Shown: positions 49,593 through 62,800 of the stretch, in pieces
Position numbering within the stretch: position 1 is the stretch's first letter
Layout of the letters: each line of letters begins with the position of its first letter
NCBI GenBank assembly: GCA_977862235.1
Contig: OZ374559.1
Span: 1,054,001 to 1,118,000, forward strand
DNA: 64,000 bases
Source of the DNA: Dudresnaya verticillata
Taxonomy: Eukaryota
Direction: 5' to 3'
Made by a program: the position numbers and the translations under genes
Notes under the pieces: model-generated
What the model was told of the DNA's origin: nothing
Seen by the model: the letters and a program-made list of their open reading frames with translations, nothing else
The model's database searches: none

Positions 49593-50443
49593 TGTGGTAT
49601 AGACACTGTGCGCAAGACGACTCCGTAGTCTGCGTGAAAATAATCGAGAAATACGAATCTCGAAGTGACTCCGTGAATGCGCACGCCATGATGGCAAACG
49701 TATTCCAGTGCGCATACTGTGCACGCGCCACGATGGGAATTCGCATTACAATGCGCACGCGATACGAAATCACTGACACCTCCGGACGAATTCCGAGCTG
49801 ACTTCGTGATCGCGCGCGCCACGATTGCAATCCGCATTACAGTGCGCCCCCGATACAAAATCGCAGACACTTCTTGGTTTTCCCCTTCTTTCCTACAAGT
49901 AACGGCTCCGAGGCCCCCGACGCGCGCGCACCTCCGTATGCATCGCTGGCGCACTTCCTAACCGCCACCATACGTGAGACGACCGTACGTTGGCACCGAG
50001 GCCGTTACGAATCATTCGAGTACGAACCGTCTCCCGCGTTTACGTGTATTCGTGCTCACGTAGTATTACTTAGCCAGTCGTCTGGCACAACCTCCGAGGG
50101 TTTCCGGTAAGCGAGTAGCGCCCGGACCTCGGAGTCTTCGGTAAACGCGTGTTTATTCGAGTGCGGTGTCTTCGTCTTCGTGACCGCGGATACGGACGAG
50201 CCTCGCTTTTGATAACCCCGCACCCCCGGAGGCATCCCCGGTGATCGATCGCTCGAGTTCTCCCTTCCGCACACGAATACGTTGACACCGTGGTCCTTCG
50301 CGTCGGTCGCCCGCTCTACCACGCTACCACCCCTTTTCCTTTCTTCGCTTTCCCTTAGGCCACGAGGCCACACGTTCGGCTCCGAGGCCACCCCTTACAG
50401 TGCGAGACTTCCCCGCGTCTCCGTGGAGATTTGTTATACCACA
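49593..50443 (+). mobile_element. LTR, family C, copy 3 (no matching TSD)
   Basis: TGTGGTATA..TATACCACA. Flanks are CCTAC and TTCAG. Confidence 0.88.
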
Positions 50444-51149
50444 TTCAGGTATTGGAAATCTATGAAATCAATCTTCATCTGGCAAAGGTTTCATATGGAT
50501 CCCTTCTTAGGTTTTTGGTCTTTAACTGTGGTGCAAAGGGGGACCCGCCATTTTTTCGCTCTGAGCGGGTTATGACGACAGCTCCAACTGACGGTATCGC
50601 CAGTGGCGTGCTCACTCGCCGTTGCCGCGAACACGTCGCAGACGTATGAACGGCTCACTCGCGTACGGACATCGCCCTCGGCTGCTCAAGCGCGTGCGCA
50701 GCGCTACTGTACGGCAGTACACGTGGACCCTGAGGCGCCGCACCCCAGCCATGACGCGACCCGGATGGACATCGGAATCCACGATGGTGTAAGGTTACAG
50801 GTCTGTAAGGATGGCCCGGGTCTAGATGGGATCCAGATCAGGGATCGAGATGGAGCATCGGGATCCATGGCGATGTAATGCGCGCGAAGGTAATGCCGGC
50901 GCGCTCGCGATGCTGGTGCGGGTCGGGATTACGATCGAGATTAGAGCATCTCTACCGTAACGGTAAATTATATTTCTAACGCGCAATTTTCGCCATATGT
51001 TTCGCGCTCATTGGTTGAATCCAATAGTCTGAAGATAGGTATTTGGGTGTTTATACAACGACTTTGTAAACTCTACTGGTTGAATTTATTTCTAACTGTA
51101 TCCGGACCACAGTGCTCCTTCCTCGTCCTGCCCTAGCAACTTCGACACA

Positions 51150-52491
51150 ATGCAGGACGAGGACTCTAGCGATGACGAGAAACTCTCGTATTTAATGGCC
51201 ACAGACATCGTGCCGGTTATCAAGAAGGCCCAATCGGGCTTGTCACGGCGGACTGGGGCGAAGCTAGGCAAACAACAGAACAAACGTCGAGACTTTTCTG
51301 GCCCGCTGCAGCGATTGCGGGGCGACTACTTCAGGTCTCAAGCGAAGTACAGCGAGGTCGGCTTTGAACGCAGATTCCGAATGCCACGCTGCGTCTTCAA
51401 GAAGATATACAGTCCAGTATTTGGTAAAAGCATATTTATTCAACGGTCCGACTGTGCCAAGAAGGAAGGCATTCATCCGCTTCTACGATTAACCGCGGCT
51501 CTGCGAATGATGGAATATGGCGTTGCAGCAGATGCGCTAGACGAGTACCTAGAAGTGTCCGAGGACTCTATGCTACAGTCACTCAATGACTTCTGCAAGG
51601 TCATCGTTGATGAGTTTGGACAGGAATATCTTCGTGATCCCACAGAAGATGACCTCAAGCGTATCACGGCAATCAATGAGGCGAGAGGCTTTCCTGGTTC
51701 CATTGGGTCCATAGACTGCCAGCACTGGGAGTGCAAGAACTGTCCGATTGCCTGGGCTGGACAGTTTAAGGGCAAAGAGTAGAAGCCCACCATAGTCCTT
51801 GAAGCGATCCGAGAGCTGTGGATATGGCACTGCTTCTTTGGCAGTACAGGATCGCTGAACGACATATATGTGTTGGACCATTCATCTACCATATAACGTA
51901 TACTGGCTGGCCATTTCCCTCCCTCCCAACGTTCGGTACAAGGTTCAAGGCGTAGAACGGACGCTACTGTACTATTTGGCGGATGGTATCTATCCTACAT
52001 AGGCTATTTTTGTCAAGACCATTCAAGAGGGCGCTACTAACAAGGAGAAGGCATTTGCCACGTCTCAAGAGGCCGTTCGCAAGGACATCGAGCGTGCATT
52101 CGGCGTTCTTGTTGCACGCGTCCAGATCTTGCAGCGTCCATCCAGGTTGTGGTATAGAAGGTACATCGCGACGGTCATGAAGGCGTGCATCATAATACAC
52201 AACATGGTCGTCGAAGCGCGCCGTGACAGCTTCAGTAGTGGTATAGCGTCACTCGCCATGCACGAGGAGGCACGCCCCATGTTTGGGAACGTCTCGTTCG
52301 AGTGACAGTCTCGAAGCGCAATGGAGGGCCTCGGTCAAGTAGTAACGGATGGAATGTGGGCTGCAGCGGTGGACAGAAGAGAGACGAGGATATCGAGCGC
52401 AGTAGACCATATGTCTCTCAAACATGACCTCATAGAACATATTTGGCAGCGAAGCGGGATAGGATCTAGTAAACGCATCGTCTTTACGTAA
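51150..52491 (+). pseudogene. Plant_tran-type DDE transposase of PHIS-4
   Basis: FERRFRMPR, RGFPGSIGSIDCQHWECKNCPIAW, PTIVLEA, LWIWH.FFG..GSLND, YYLADGIYP, RKDIERAFG, ACIIIHNM. Several stops and frameshifts. Confidence 0.93.
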
Positions 52492-52640
52492 ACTGTGTTG
52501 AAAAGCGTGCAAAAAACGGCGCGAAGCGGCGCAAAAGAAGGGGGTCCGGGGGTCTCCCTCGCGTATGGACACGATGCCGAAGAGCGATTTTTGAGGTGCG
52601 GAAGAGCAACACCGCTCTCTCGGCCCCCACACACCGGCCA

Positions 52641-53628
52641 TTACGTCGTCGAGGGCGCCTCGGCCGATCCCTCAGCGGGGTCCCCTTCAGGACCGTCGAT
52701 CGTGCCCTGCATCTCGGATGCTGCAGCGAGGCTGGCGGGCGTCCACGATGGCGTCGGAGGTATTCCCAAGGGTCCTTCCGAGACGGCTGCACCATCTAGA
52801 AGGCTTTCCTCGTCGACGTTAGCGGTCCTAGCCTTCTTGAGAGCCTGCGCGAGGTGCGTCTTGCGCATCGCGGCTAAAAAAGCGCCGTCTCTCTATGTGG
52901 CGCCACGCCAGGTAGCGAAAAACAGCGATAGCTTTTCTTTCTTCGAGCGCGGTAGACTTGCGCTTGGCGGACTCAGCGATAGAGCGGACGGCTTGTATAC
53001 GAAATTCTTTTTGACGCTGCACTTTTGCAGCTCGGTTTCCTGTAGTATATTGCTCATCAGCACGGGACGAAGAAGAGGCACGAACAGCAGACGGCACGGC
53101 GGAGTTTTGGGTCGACTCTTGCGGAAGTATGTCGAACGAGGACGTATTGGGGCGGTTGTTGTTTCCACTGCTCTCCTAAGAAGGGGTGTTGACTTGCCAC
53201 TTCGGGTGAGAATGCAATACTCTCCACGCCTTGAACGACAGCCAGTTCTCCTTAAGGTATTCCTTCAACTTATACTCCATCACCGTCGTCTTCCCGAGAT
53301 TGATGGCGACGGCCATGGAGAGCACGTTATCGTCGTTCACCTCGGTTGGGTTCGACGCGTGCACCTTGCGTAGCGCGACGGCAAACTTCTGCACGTCTGC
53401 CGATAGGTCCGCGAAGTGGGCCTTGCAGCTCATCACCGGCCTGTTACCGTACTTGCCGTCGGGAACCGCCGGCAGCTGCGGTCCCTTCTCGATGAAGCGG
53501 CGGTGTATGGCTTCGGAGAAGCGCTTGGCATTCTGGTCCGCACCCACGACTGGATCCTCGGAAGCAGCGATCCAGGGGCGGGCGGGGACCTCGTTCTCAT
53601 CGATTTCGCAGCTCTTCCCGCGTCCCAT
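52641..53628 (-). pseudogene. ORF2 of PHIS-4 (Myb-like plus NAM-associated-like)
   Basis: E...LA..W-like ENEVPARPWIAASEDPVVGADQ, DVQKF, AWRVLHSHPKW. Disrupted. Confidence 0.85.
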
Positions 53629-54700
53629 GTTGGCGGTGTGTGTGCGTGAGTGGTAGAGGTGGGCGAGCGGGAACGGAATGTGCGATGTGGCAAGGGTTGC
53701 GGCGGGAGATGGACGGTACTGTGCACAGTACCTCTCTATGTCTTCGCGAGCTTTGCGCAACCAATGATGGAGAAGAGAATGGCACTGTGTATCAATAGAA
53801 TACCTCACGCGCTTGCGCTATTGGGGTGATCAATAGACATTTTCGGGCGGGTATTCTATTGAAATGTTACGCGATTAGGATAGATTCGCCACGGTAGAGA
53901 TGGTAAATTCTATCTATACTGAAAGATTGTATATATTTACTGCATATCGAACCGGTAGAGATGCTGCTACCCCCGTGCCACCCGCCCGCATGTGCAAGGA
54001 GCGCGTGGCCACGTGTATGTGTAAGCACGTGTATAGGACGTCTGGAACTAGTCTGTCAGACGCCTGGCTTCACCGCGCGGCGAACCTGTCAGACGACGCA
54101 CTACAGCGTAACACGTGTCCTGAGTTCCCGTAGGACCCCGGCGTCCGTGTTAAGAATAGTGCATAGATAACCCGTCTAGGAAGTTGGAGTAAACCCCGGC
54201 TATCCAGTTTGGTCCAGACTACGCCTTTCCGCGCAGCGCGTACCTACCCGCTTGCCTCAAGGCTCATGCGACTACCTCCCGTGCTTCCACAATCAGCCCA
54301 CGTCGTTGACGTGTTTTCTTTTGTCTTCTTTTGTTCTTCCTTTCCGCCTAAGGCGTTTAAAGTCCGCCCAAGGCGTTGTCCATCGCTCTACCACTACCGA
54401 CTAAGGCGTGACTAATCACCGCCTCAAGCGTTGTTACCCACCGAGCCCCGAACTGCTCGGCAGTGTTGCGTCCAGGATGAATTTGTTTCAGAATATTAGG
54501 AGCATGTTATGCCACATTTGTCCTTCTTTTCTAAAGCGGAACTGCCACAGTATTCCGGTGGGGCAGTATATCTTGACGTCAAGCATCTATGCTGTGCACA
54601 ACGGGTCATTCCTATCTAGAAACGTTGTCATTCTTAACGTGTCTTTATCCGAATTGCTTTCCTCCTTAGAAATTTCTTATTGATAATCACTAGAGCTGCA

Positions 54701-55483
54701 TGTAGCAGTATAGTGCCGGCCGGAAACAGCACTAAAAAAGAGGACATCTGTCCGGTGACAAACGCTATGGTGTGGTAGCTCGTCGGAAGTTGTAGAGGGT
54801 TAGAAACGGGACAGTCCCAGATGGCCCGAAAGGGGGGATGCGGAAGGGAGGTAAATACTCGGCGCCACCGACTAAAGGAAGTATACAGTTTGCGACCTGG
54901 CGTTTCACAGAGGCTTGTCGTGCGATTTCCAGGCCCATACTAGGCGACCCCTGCAGGCTCGGAGCGTCCAAAAGACCAGAACGTGGGTATTTCCTGAACA
55001 ACTCCGCTGAGTTTGTATTCTGAGGGCGCCGGCTATTCCGGCGCCCATAAGTAGGGCTGAAAAGCCGAAAACTCTCTCAGCCCTAAAGGGGGTCGAAGTT
55101 AGTCTAAGATTATAGTTCGCAACATTAGTACAGTCAGCACAAGATAAAATTGGGAATGAATCCCAGTTAGGGGAATTGGTGGCGGATGCGCCGATGATAA
55201 AGGCGGGGTCTCGGCTGCATTGTCGATGTACTTTGAGCGCGGGGGTGCTCCTCGTCCATGAGTAGGAGCGCGGCGGCGCGTCATGAATCAGCCAGTCCAA
55301 GGCGTCCAATTGGCGCTTACTGAAAAGCCAGAAATACCACGGGGTGTTACTGTAAAGCCACTTGTACAGCTATGAAAGGACAGCGTGTCCTGATTTGGCG
55401 ACAGTCTGCCCCGCATTAATGAGGTCCCCTCCTGTAAGCCCTCCTGCTGACGTCGTCCATTCTGCCACACGGCCCCCCTCTTT
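54701..55483 (-). mobile_element. 3' LTR of family D (54701-55469) with PPT
   Basis: The minus strand reads AAAGAGGGGGGCCG|TGTGGCAG..CTGCTACA. Aligns to 36874-41863. Confidence 0.85.
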
Positions 55484-58192
55484 AGACTGAAGCGGCACGC
55501 GAGGCCGTGATTAGAGGTTTCTGAACATTAAATATCCTTGTTGAGCGTTTCGGCGCTCAACGGCTGTTTGTGGTGCGTCATGCCCGGTGTGGGTTCTGAG
55601 TCAAGCCAGAGAGCCGCGTGGGGCCAAGCATCTCCGGTCGTGTGGCACAACGGCGATTTGCGCCAAATTGGCATATTACGCTGTAAGCCATAACGGGCCA
55701 ATGACCTGTAAGACGCAGTCATTGCTGGGTATCGCCAGGATGAGACATGTGATTGGCGCCTGGCGCGGACTCACCTGCGCCTCTGACGCGCAATTGACGC
55801 ACGGTCATTGGCGCGACGCTGGAATATTTCCCGATTATGCGCCGCCACAGGGGCGTGAATCCGCCTCCCATTTCTCAATGTAATTTGTGTACAGTACATT
55901 GTATTAGCTAGTATTGGCAAAGGCACAAGACCTATTTATTGCTCCCCTGAATAGCAGCACCCCTGATTGAACCCTACGGGGCGTTTCTCGGTCTTGACGG
56001 TTTTCTGGATTCCGGGTGCTTCCCGTTCCCTTTCTGGACGCCAACTACAGGCTCGTCACCGTACGCCAGGTTCTCTGCGGAAAACCGGGTCGCGTCCACC
56101 CTTTTCCCCTTTTTCCTGGCCTAGTGCAATCCCCTTTAGCCTATACCACACACACGAGCTACCGCTGAGTACGACTGTTCCGGAGACGTGTCCTTTGTTG
56201 TCTTTGTCTTTTCTGGGCTGGACCCGTGGTGCTACATTGGTCTCCCGAACTAGAACTGTTCTGGGCTGGTTTCCCTTTCTTCCTCAACTCTGGTTGGTTA
56301 ACTTCACGAGTACAAGTCTCAAGACATTGTTTCGTGTCCAAGACGAGTTTCCAGGCCAACCGGTGTTGAAACCCTAGTCAGGATTTTTGACGGTTTCTAC
56401 GCTCCATCTGAAGCCGCTGAGTAGCGTCAAATCAGAGGCGAGCACGTTTATTCTTTGTATTACAACCGGCCCAGTTGCCATTTAGAAGTTGCCGTTGAGG
56501 GCGTGAGTGACGCGCCCCGCAAGACTGCTTCGACAGGTTATCGGTTCATCCTGGTAAAACATCGCTCTTTGTACAGGCCGTGCCAGCGCACAAGTCGGAG
56601 AGTCCTTTTGGAGAAAGCGCTGGTAGCCCTGAAGTCTACCAAGGCTTCCATGCGAGCACCGTGCTCAAGTTGGAAAGGACTCCCCTTCGAAGCATCGTCT
56701 CGTACGAGACACACTTACGGAACGCCGGTTGGCGCATCGGGAAAAGTCCCATCGACCCACCGGCCCTTCCGGAATTATTACCTATTTTGGGGCGGGTTAT
56801 TAGTCCCACAACATCGAAAAGATGCCGACATCGAATGGCGATAAAACCAGGCCGAGCCTCTTCGGCTGTGGTGGCAATCGTGCCGGGAGTCTTTCGTCCG
56901 TCCTTATTTCGGGCGTTACCACCCGTTCGGGGTCCGCCGCTCTTAGGCGTAGTCCGTCGGACGGACGTCTAGGGCAGCGTCGTCTAAATGACGCCGCCCC
57001 AGATGATGACGGTCCTGGACCGAAGCTGGCACGTGGGGGACCACCGCTGGGTGGAAGTTCAAGTGCCTACCCCTTACACGGGACCACTTCCAGTTACACG
57101 CAGAACTCTGGATGGGATTCGGCCCCGTTGGAAGAAGTAATGACCCTGTCAGAACCGCAAGCATGCTCGCAAGTGGGCGCGAATAAGGGCCAGGGTCCAT
57201 AAGTGATGCCGGAATCGGAACGACTCCCCAGTGGACGATCGACGGATTACGCGGTACCGATCGAAGAAACTGCGGCGCCCGGGTATGGGCAGCCGAGCCG
57301 AACGAATGCTAATTCGGAAGATGTCCGGTGTTTCACGGAATCGGAGATCCACCGAATGGTCGCTGGTGGTGTTGGTCACCTTGTTGCCACTCAGATCAGG
57401 CCGCTTGCCGCAGCACGGGCTGATGAAACGCTCACGCGTGTTAAACGCTATATCGATGAGTCAGCCGGTCGCCGGGATGAGCGAATACTGACCCTGTGTC
57501 AAGAAGAAATGACCAGCCGGATCCGTCACTCCGATACAGAAAGGAGGGCGGCGGATGAAATGGAGTCGCTATATGCGAGCGTTGAGTCGCTCGTGGAATG
57601 GGTGGAAACAATCCATGATGACGTCGAGACTCTCACTCGAGTGGTGGATCTCTAACGTGAAGAAACGTCCGACGCGATTCAAGACCTTCGTCTCAACGGA
57701 AGTGACGCCAAGTGCGTAGAACGGGACCGAGCCATTGCGCTCTTGAAGGAGGAACTGGCCGAGGAACGACGTCAACCCAACGTCATCTAGACGCGCCTCC
57801 AGCTATGTCTTCTCGAAAAGGACTTAGCTCCTGAGATGGTACGGCGCCGGAGCCCGGTACCAAAAGGGACTCGGGACCGACGGCGTCATTCGCCTAGGCG
57901 AGACTCGCGTGCGGAATCGGTACATGACCATTCGGATACTGACGACCCACGCGCTGCGCAGTCAGGTTGTAGAACATGCCGCACTGCCCAAGGGATTGAA
58001 TCCCGTAGACACCGTGACGAGCCACGTCGGTCGGCCCAGCTGCGTCAGCGGCAGTTGTCCGAAAAGGATAGTTCTCCATCAAGGAGGTCATCTCGCCCAT
58101 CTTGGCGAGGGCCAAGACGCTTGGATGTTAAGTAGCTCACTCCGCAGAACCCGGCTTTCATCCAGGTTCGCTCTTACCGACGCTATTGTCTG

Positions 58193-59477
58193 ATGAACCT
58201 GGACCAATATAGAGGCCCAGAAGTCACTGAGGACAAGTCGAAGAAATTCAAGAAGATCAAGTCCGTGATGAAGAGTCGCAAGTTTGACGGAAGCGATCCG
58301 GCTGCGATTATTGGTTTCTTAGACGCTTTGAATCGTCACCTGGACCAAGTCAAGATGAGCGAAGGGGCGGCAATTCTCGTGCTCCCCGAATTCCTAGATA
58401 AGGATGCACGAGATATGTTCGAAGGCAACTTCGACGTGGCAGGAGATGATAATGGAGGATTCTCCGAGTGGCCCGAAGCCAGAAATTACCTCCTATGCAC
58501 ATATGCGAAGGATGCGTACATCGAGAGGATAGCCTCGGAAATGGACCGGATGGCCCAAGGCGAGGATGAGGACGAAGTTTCCTTTTCACGACGCCTCCAG
58601 AATAAGGCGCGAAAGGTCGCGGGTGTCTACTCCGAACAGGACGTGATCACCAGGTTCATCCGTGGACTCTTGCCGGCCACAAAAACCTTTGTTGAGCAAT
58701 TCGGGTTCGGACCGGCGAACGGCTAGACTCGCCGACTATGTGGAACTTGCTACCGCCCAAGGTGACTCGCACCGGACCCTCATGGGTTCTGGTCGTCGAG
58801 AACGTGTCTCTGGTAATTCAGTGTTGCGACGGAAGTCGTCAATCAAAGCCCATAAGGCCGGTCGTGCGCTCCTGCTCCGACAGGGACGCCCCATCACCGA
58901 AGTTCCTTCAAGTGCCAGTGGTGGCTCTACAAGGACTAGCTCCGATTCTGGAGACGCAGTTGTGGCGGCCATCGACAGCCAAGCGCGGGATTCGTCCATA
59001 ACAGCTTCGGACATCTGGTCCAGAGACCCGTCTGACGCTACGGACAGCTATTATGACTCCGTCAGTGCATTACTATCCAACCAGAATCCGAGGCTCCCCT
59101 CGTGGGCCCAACCATCTCGCGCACAGGGTCCCGGCTGGCTTGTCGTGGAAGATAGGCCGAATGGCATCTGCTTCGAATGTCTGGGTATCGGCCATAAAAA
59201 GTCCAATTGCCCATATCTGGCACTAACAGACGAGCGCGGCTTCTTGCAGATTCTACGTAACCACTACGCCCAACTCTCCATGGATCAACGGGAATGGCAG
59301 GCCATCGTGGGCCGTTCGCCGTCATTCGCGAATGAGATGCGTCCCTCGGATCAGAGTCCTCAACATTCACGTCGACATTTCACCGAGGCAACCTCCAACT
59401 CTCACCCGGAGAACAGGGGGCACTCCGATCGGCAGTTCCCCAGGTGCAGTTCGCTGAAACGCTCAACCATCCTGTGA
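58193..59477 (+). pseudogene. gag: gag core of gypsy-2
   Basis: KFDGSDPAAIIGFL..SEGAA..WPEARNYLLCTYA..FIRGL, and zinc knuckle CFECLGIGHKKSNC. Confidence 0.88.
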
Positions 59478-59827
59478 ATAGGCCGCGGAGTAATCCCCGT
59501 TCTCCTCGCCTTGGTGGCAGACCCTTCTCGCGGCCTCCGGCCTTGCCGGCATCCCCATCAGCAAGAAACGGCCGTGTGCCGAAAACCTAGACGGGGGACC
59601 TTGGATCCCGTCTACCCGCAATTCTTTCTGCGCGACCCGGGGTCTCCCGATCGATCACACGAGGACAACCATCAGTCCCCGTGTTTCAAGGATCGGCCGG
59701 ATCCAGAATTAGAAGGAAACCTCCTCCCGAAGAAGATTGTACCTTGCCCTCTGGGGCTACCTCGAGGACGGAACTTTGATGATTATTATAAGGATCCAAT
59801 ATGCGCGCTCTCGCGATATAACATAAA

Positions 59828-62800
59828 GTGGCAGCGTCCATTGGGGACTCTCTTGACACACTCTCTCCTGTCCTTTCGGTCCTGGATACAGGGGCAGGCC
59901 CCAACCTCATACGAGCTGGTGCTCTTTCCTCGCAAGATCAAAACAAGATCGCTTCTGGCCGGTCCATCGTGAATCTAACTTCAGCCTCACGGCACAAACT
60001 AACTACCTTAGGGACTATCTCCCTGTACGTCCGAATCGGAACCTACCCAGTTCGGCAACCTTTCATCTTGGTTCAAGCTCTAGCAGTGGATGTGATCCTG
60101 GGGTGTACCTTCATCGACCACCATATCGATAACCTACGGATCAAGCGCCAACGCGCCGTCTTGCGTGATGGGTCAATAAACCCGATACTCCGCCACCGAT
60201 GCGGAGTTCCACGCGCTTCGTCCCCAGCGGAGCCCACGGACGTCCCACCAGCTCCCGCGGAGCCACGGCACCACCGAGTCACACACTCGATTACCATACC
60301 ATGGCGTCCGAAGCGTAGGTCACGGTCACGTGCCCGGCACGCGGTGTTCACTTCATGGATTCATTACAGAGACTCTATGACCGCCAGGGTCTCGTTGCTA
60401 CTAATGGCATCATCTACGTGCAACAAACCGGCCATTCCGGGTCAAGGTCGCAAATGTTTTTCGAGGGCCTCAACGACTGGCCAAACGCCAGAAGATTTAC
60501 CAAGCCATTCCGGCTCCATCTACTACCCCAGTTTACACTCTGTCCTTTGAGGACACCTCTTCCGCTCCTAACGACGCCGAAGAGCCGTCGCTCGATGTGG
60601 GGGGCAGGGCTTGCTGCCGCCTTTTCTCCGGATACGGATCCCAAACCGGGAATTAAGGCCTCGGTCGCCAATATGACGGTCGAAGACCTAAACCTTTCCC
60701 ACTTGGAAACAAAGGATCGGCGTCGCGTACGCAAGATTCTCCGGCCTTTCTCGGACATGTGGAGTGGACAACTCGGGACTATCAAAGTCACGGAACACCG
60801 TATCGAGCTCAAACCGGCAACGAAACCCGTCTTCTCACAGCCATACAGGGAGGTCCCAAAGCTCGACAAGCTGAACAAGAGAAAGTAACCAAGATGTTAG
60901 GAGCAGGGGTCTTACAGCTCGCTGGGTCAGAATTCGCGAGCCCGGTCGTGCTGGTCAATAAGCTTGATGGCTCCCTACGCTTCTGTGTCGACTATCGAAA
61001 GCTTAACGTAGTAACGATCAAGGATTCTTATTCCTTGCCTCGTATGGACTAGTGTCTAGACTCTCTGGGAGATGCCCAATTCTTCACAACACTTTATTGT
61101 AATTCTGGCTACTGGCAGATACCGGTCGCCAAGGAGGATCAACCGAAGACGGCGTTTACTTGTCACGCTGGATGCTTCCATTTTCCGCATGCCCTTTGGG
61201 ATCTGCAATGCACCAGATACGTTCCAGCGAAGGGTCGACATACTCCTCTCGGGATTCCGGTGGAAATACAGTTCGGTATACTTGGACTATATTGTTTTCT
61301 TTTCCAAGAACGTCAACGAGCACCTGGCTCATGTGAAGGAAATCTTAGAGATACTCCAGAAGACAGGAGTGTCTCTCAAGTTGAGTAAATGCCACTTCTT
61401 TGCGAAGAGCGTCGATTATCTAGGACACGTGGTCCGTCCTGGCCTCCTGGAAGTCGCCTCGAAGAAAAGGCAAGCCATGGACGGCTTTAGGGAACCAAGT
61501 ACGCAAACGCATCTGCGCACCTTATTCGGCTTGTGTAACGTCTACAGTCGATTCTTGCCCAACTTTGCGAGGGTCGCAAGAGCTCCGCTTAATTCATTAC
61601 TGCAGAAGATAGTGGAGTTCAACCTCCCGACGTTCAACGAGGAACAAAGAGATTCTTTCTGGCTTTTGAATAAAGAACTTGTGGCTCCGCCAATACTACA
61701 GCTCCCGCAAGTGGGACGCCAACTATCAGTCGACACCGACGCATGCGACTATCAAGTGGGCTGTGCCCTAATGCAGACTGATGGGAACGGTGATCGGCAC
61801 CCTATTGGCTTCTGGAGCCGTTCGCTGACGAAAGCTGAGAAGAATTACTCAGTAGGCCAGAAAGAGTGTCTCGCGGTCGTATGGGCGGTTCAGATATTGC
61901 GACCCTATTTGGAACGATCTCACTTCGATCTTTTCACGGACCATCAAGCGCTACGCTGGATCATGAGTATGTATGACTCGTCAGTACGCTTTTCAAGATG
62001 GAGCCTCCGCCTTTTGGAGTATGACTTTACGGTACAGTACCGGACAGGTCGGAAGAACCAGATTGCGGACGCCGTGTCGCGCTTACTGACGTGGGGCTAC
62101 AATCAAACGGAGCCCCACCTTGAGATATCCTGCTTCGTCATTACGGATGAAGAGAAGCTAACCCAAGGTGTACCAGACGAGACACAATTGTCAAGCGGGA
62201 TGGCCCACGACGAAACCCCACCCAAGACCTGGGATATAGAGTCCAAGGATGATTAAGGTCAACTGGAGGACGAGATAGTTATCTCCCATACGGCGGAGAA
62301 GCAAGCCGACGAAGGCAGTGTCTCCCAACTGACTGTCGAGGAGCTGCTCCGAGAGCAAAAGCGAGACTCCTTCTGCCAAGACGTGCAGAAGCGCCTTAAT
62401 ACGGGAAACCCCGGGTGTTCCTTGGAAGACGAACGATGGCTCCTCGATCGCAAGGCCTATGTGGATGGGGCCATATAGGTTCTCATACCCGCGACCCTTC
62501 GCGAAAGGGTGCTACACTTGGCCCATTATCCGGCCCTAGCTGGCCACCCTGGGAGAACCCGTATGTTCCACAACCTGCGTCGGCATGTATATTGGCCAGA
62601 TATGGCCTTAGCCGTCTATTCAACCGTTCGGAATTGTGTACAGTTCGGGAGAGAAAAAGTCAAGCTCAGGAAGCATACTTCGTTTATCAAGCTCTTTCCA
62701 GCCACTGCTCCATTAGAGTTTGTCGGAATTGACATTTTGGGTCCATTGACCAAGTCAAGCAAGGGGAATGAGTACTTACTTGTGATAACGGATCGCTTCT

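Larger units (their letters stand above)
50944..53966 (+). mobile_element. PHIS DNA transposon 4 (plant PIF/Pong-like)
   Basis: Left end TTA|GAGCATCTCTACCG, right end CGGTAGAGATGCTG|CTA (one TIR and one TSD mismatch). Two convergent ORFs. Confidence 0.82.

Noticed and set aside
52495..53373. 292-aa plus-strand ORF
   Set aside because: Antisense shadow of PHIS-4 ORF2.
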